Source: Raillietiella orientalis (lineage: Eukaryota). Taken from it: a DNA stretch of 54,272 nucleotides. Below are positions 50,789-54,272 of the stretch, one piece after another (within the stretch, counting starts at the first letter, position 1; the number at the start of each line of letters is the position of its first letter). Below the pieces are notes generated by a model, which saw nothing but the letters and a program-made list of their open reading frames with translations, made no database searches and had not been told where the DNA came from. Both the position numbers and the translations under genes were made by a program. Where the stretch lies: the NCBI GenBank assembly GCA_036172245.1, contig JAYWIR010000159.1, forward strand, positions 1-54,272. Direction: 5' to 3'.

Positions 50789-51705
50789 TTCATTCCAAGT
50801 CCCCAGTGCAGAAATAGCAACGCCGTCTCCTGCCACTTTAACGGAAGGTTGCCGCAATCCCAACACGCTGGGGGCCACTTCACCTCCTCCCGAGGTATTG
50901 TGAGCAGCTCTCCTCAGCGCGCAAGTCAGTCAGGCGGGACTCTCGGGGTGGCAGCTTCCGTTAGCTTTCGAGTCGTCCACGCCTTTAATGGTTTTGTCCT
51001 GCCTCGGATGAGGCAGGACACTTCCCACGATGTCCGCTCGTTGCTGCTCCTAATGTTTTTCAGAGAGGACAGAAGGGAGGCAAGGGGGGTAAAAGAAGCC
51101 TACAGAATCTTCCGGGTCGTGTTGGCAATCTCCTGCAGCGGCTGTCGAGCGTACGGTCCTCGACGTAGGCAGTTGTATTCCGCCTCGCTTGTGCCGTTGA
51201 TCTTAGCCCACGCGGAGACTCACTTCTGAAGCCAGGCAATGCAGTTCGCGGGGAGGCAGGAGATCCAGGTATTCTCCCTCACATGGGCGACCATTTAGCG
51301 GAGATTTAAGCCACAGTTGTTGCAGAGGCTGCGCTGATAGTCCACGACGATCGAGGACAATCCTTCGCAGCCGGTCGCACTTCTGGTGAGGAGCCGTGCC
51401 GGATCGCACCATGGCGTCATCCATAGGCTAGCCACAAGAGCAGGGTACTGAGACCATCGCCTTGCCTTATGCCCTGTCTCGCAGGCACGCTATACACCTT
51501 CTGACTGCTGAAAGAGATGCAGATAATCGCATTTTGCTAGAAAGAGCGCAGGTAGGTGATCGAGGAGGGTGGGAATCCCATACGACCCAAATCCCATGCA
51601 GACATATGCTCCAAGAGGAGTTCCTGGTCAGCACAGTCGACCGCCTTGTGCGCTCTAGGGCAAACGTGTTTTCTCGGTGCTCCTTGTACCATGAAGTCTC
51701 CCCCA
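50789..51705 (-). mobile_element. decayed L1/Tx1-type ORF2 fragment (RT core plus C-terminal region, internally deleted)
   Basis: Minus strand: KAVD (51636-51647)...MGFPPSSITYLRSF, GIRQGDGLSTLL (~51440-51473), MDD (51416-51424). Then TPLASLLSSL...WEVSCLIRG...WTTRKLTEAATPR...LPLKWQETALLFLHWG, homologous to 23590-23880. Confidence 0.82.
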
Positions 51706-51744
51706 GTGCAAGCGTCGTGTGGTTCGGTGGTCGATCAGGCAGCG

Positions 51745-52856
51745 ATGCCTGACGCGACCACCAGGGATAGCCAGGGGGCGGCGGCAACGCCTCCCCCAGA
51801 GGCGATGGAGAGCCAGGGGGCGGCGGCAACGTCGCCCCCAGAGGCGATGGAGGTGGGGGCATCCGCCCCCACAGAATCGGTCCCCGCTGCAGCGCGGGCG
51901 TGGAGCGCCGTTGTGTCGGCGCCATCGCCTGCAGACGCGGCGGAATTGTCGGCCTATGTAGAGGAGGGGTATAACCCCTCATTGTTCTACAAGGTAGGCA
52001 ATCTATATTCTTTAGAGAGCGCGCGCGCCTTTTCGAAGGGCATGCGCGCTCTCGATGTGAAAGAGGAGGAGCTCAGCGCTATGACCATCCGCAGCGGGGG
52101 TCACTACGTTGAGGTCATATGCAAGCATGCAGAGCTGGCACAACGACTGCTTAAAACCCCCGTTGTGATGGGGACGCGCAGGCTCCTCCCCACTACGGCG
52201 GACCGCAGCATGGGGTCCACCTGTTAGGTGTCACCGCGCGGATGCGCAAGGAACAGGTTCGCGCCGCGCTGGAACAATTTGGAACGGTCCACGCGCAGTG
52301 GACGAAAGTTAGTCCTTTCGAGGACTACACGGGGCTGCAACACGGCCTCACGGCTGCGCGCGTGACCGTGCGGGATGGCTGCACTCTTCCCCACAAACTG
52401 GTGGTCGAAGGCGAAACCGTCGACCTCTGGTATGTGGGGAAGCCGAAATACTGTGGCTTCTACAATACGTCGGGCCACTTCAAAAAGAGGTGCCCCAACA
52501 TGCAGTGCCAAGTATGCGGCACAATGGGTCACACGAGGGAGGTGTGCCCAAAAGCAGCAGTGCGGGTGGTTTCCAACATAAACCTTAAAAAACGCGCCCG
52601 GCTTCTGCAAAAAAGGCTGGCGGCGAAAGCTGCCGCGAAGACTGTGCCACGCGCGCCCAAGACCCAGGCCGCACCCGAGACCCCGGCGACCAACGCCGAA
52701 AAAGTTGAGGAAGCCGGCCAGGAGACTGGGTGGCAAGTGGCAACGGCCAAAAAATCAAAGAAGGAGAGGAGGATGGAAAAAAAAATCGCTTACCAACAGA
52801 AGAAGAAAGTGCAGGGTAGCGCGATAATTAAAGAGTTCAGCGTCGTCGTTTATTAA
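51745..52856 (+). pseudogene. L1/Tx1-type ORF1 (zinc-knuckle) with one frameshift, 3' end cut by the neighbouring element
   Basis: Homologous to the 21420 ORF1 (YVEEGYNPSLFYKV vs YVASGYMPPHRYKV; ELAQRLLKTP vs ALVQRLLRTP). Contains DLWYVGKPKY-CGFYNTSGHFKKRC-PNMQ-CQVCGTMGHTREVC. Frameshift near 52210. Confidence 0.85.
51769..51852 (+). repeat. 42-bp tandem duplication within ORF1 (SQGAAATPPPEAME / SQGAAATSPPEAME)
   Basis: AGCCAGGGGGCGGCGGCAACG(C/T)C(T/G)CCCCCAGAGGCGATGGAG at 51769 and 51811. Confidence 0.9.
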
Positions 52857-54272
52857 CCGGTTGCGCCGGGACCTTTATTCTTAATATCAACTGGGAACTG
52901 TGTTCCCAGGCAAGGGGAACAGAAAATGAGGAGTAGATTTCCCGCAACGCAGGCCGGGTAATCTCAGATTTCGGAACGGGAGGGGGTAGGACAATAAATA
53001 AATACATTGGGTAGGAAGGCGGGGATAGGAGTATACAGTCTAACCGTTCCTGTTCTCAGAACCGGCGGTAAATGCCGCCGATCTCCGTTCTCAGTTCTGC
53101 TCCCAGGTGTGGCCACCCGGCAGCCATTTGCAGGTTGGAGGCTGCGGTGTCGGGGACCGATGTTGGGACTGCTCGCATCTGCAATACGTGGCGGGCCCTG
53201 ACAATGGAAGCATGCGCAACACATAGTACATCAATGGCAGTGCCTCTTTGTGGCATGATGGCCGAAGTGAACCTTCGCCACAGTTCCCGGAGGTCACCGC
53301 AGTCCAGCAAAAGGTGCGGAAAAGACTCGATCTCTCCGCACATTAAACAGATTGGCAAAGCAGCTGCCCCGGAAACGATGCTTCGCTGCCTATTACAGTG
53401 TAATGCACAATGTAAAAAGAGAAGCACATCTTGTTTCCACTTTAGGAAGAACACGGAGCTGTCCAAACAAACGGAGGGAACCACTATCTCTGCGGGGTGC
53501 ACACTTAAATGTTCGCTCCACCGAAGCAGGCCCTTCGCCCAATTCCGAGGAGTGGCGGCTTGCACCATCTCCTTTGTCGTCCAGCTGCCGAGGAGCTTAC
53601 TGACTCCCGCTATTTTGCAGGAGAACTCCCATTCCGCCAGTAGGCAACCGTCGTTGCTTGCCCTGAGGGCAGACAGCGCTGCGACGAGTGGTGTGGCGGC
53701 CAGACGATCCGACAACTTCTTGTCCTGCATGACTTCGTCCATTTGATGACTGAGGAGAAGTCGCAGGCGTCGAAGATCTTCCGGGCGAGTTCCTTCGGAA
53801 GCTGCCCACGATGAAAAAGATTCCTGCCGCCATGCATTAATGTTCATGGGGCGGCAGGAGATCCAGCTTTGGGCTTCCAGCAGTGAGGACAGCTGCCTCA
53901 GCGGGAAGCCAAACCCTATTCTGGTGTGCCGAAAGTGGGGTAGCAACGAAAGCAGTCCCTCGCTTCCCGTGCAGCGCCACAGTATAAAGCGTGCGGGTGA
54001 GCACCACGGCGTACACCACAGCTTGGCACATAGCCGCAGCATGCGAAACTGCACCTGCAGTTCGATGCTGTTTAAGTCTAGGATGCCCAAGCCTGCATCC
54101 TGACGCGGCGCCACCAAGTCTTTAAGTTTAACACGGGATCTTGCAGCGCCCCACAACGCTTTGCGTAGAAGGCGCTGTGCCCAGACTTTGACTTCCTGGG
54201 GGGGTGGACAAACAAAAAACAGGGGGCAGAGGAGGAAGGCAACGATGGTGTTCCAGATGCAGGCCCGTTCCG
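52816..54272 (-). mobile_element. 3' part of an L1/Tx1-type element, same family as 21299-24580; runs off the window edge
   Basis: Clear nucleotide and protein similarity to ~23015-24060, then a 3' UTR with AATAAACG (minus strand, 52847-52854). The 3' boundary is approximate. Confidence 0.88.
53056..54270 (-). CDS. retrotransposon ORF2 C-terminal region, frame open to the window edge (partial)
   Basis: ERACIWNTIV...QEVKVWAQRLLRKALWGAARSRVKLKDLVAPRQDAGLGILDL...CLMCGEIESFPHLLLDCGDLRELW. No stop from 54270 to the terminal codon at 53056. Confidence 0.8.
   Translation of the reverse strand, partial: ERACIWNTIVAFLLCPLFFVCPPPQEVKVWAQRLLRKALWGAARSRVKLKDLVAPRQDAGLGILDLNSIELQVQFRMLRLCAKLWCTPWCSPARFILWRCTGSEGLLSLLPHFRHTRIGFGFPLRQLSSLLEAQSWISCRPMNINAWRQESFSSWAASEGTRPEDLRRLRLLLSHQMDEVMQDKKLSDRLAATPLVAALSALRASNDGCLLAEWEFSCKIAGVSKLLGSWTTKEMVQAATPRNWAKGLLRWSEHLSVHPAEIVVPSVCLDSSVFFLKWKQDVLLFLHCALHCNRQRSIVSGAAALPICLMCGEIESFPHLLLDCGDLRELWRRFTSAIMPQRGTAIDVLCVAHASIVRARHVLQMRAVPTSVPDTAASNLQMAAGWPHLGAELRTEIGGIYRRF

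Overview
Eukaryotic (invertebrate, arthropod-like) nuclear repeat-rich DNA, with no intact host gene that I can recognise. There are three zones. (1) About 1057-40825 is a head-to-tail array of a ~13-kb unit (2 full copies plus 1 truncated copy). Each copy carries a ~3.3-3.6-kb decayed mitochondrial insertion (NUMT): trnT, trnP, nad1, rrnL, rrnS, trnV and an AT-rich control region. The tRNAs lack T-arms and the gene order is non-ancestral. The NUMT sits in heavily decayed coding-like sequence with weak NACHT/LRR-like motifs. Copy 2 also contains a 3.3-kb internally deleted L1/Tx1-type retrotransposon. (2) About 40826-50788 is ~36 monomers of a 278-bp satellite with two monomer classes and local higher-order structure. 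(3) About 50789-54272 is a cluster of three L1/Tx1-type retrotransposon fragments in alternating orientation. Everything was aligned by eye, so boundaries marked ~ are approximate and no database search was possible.
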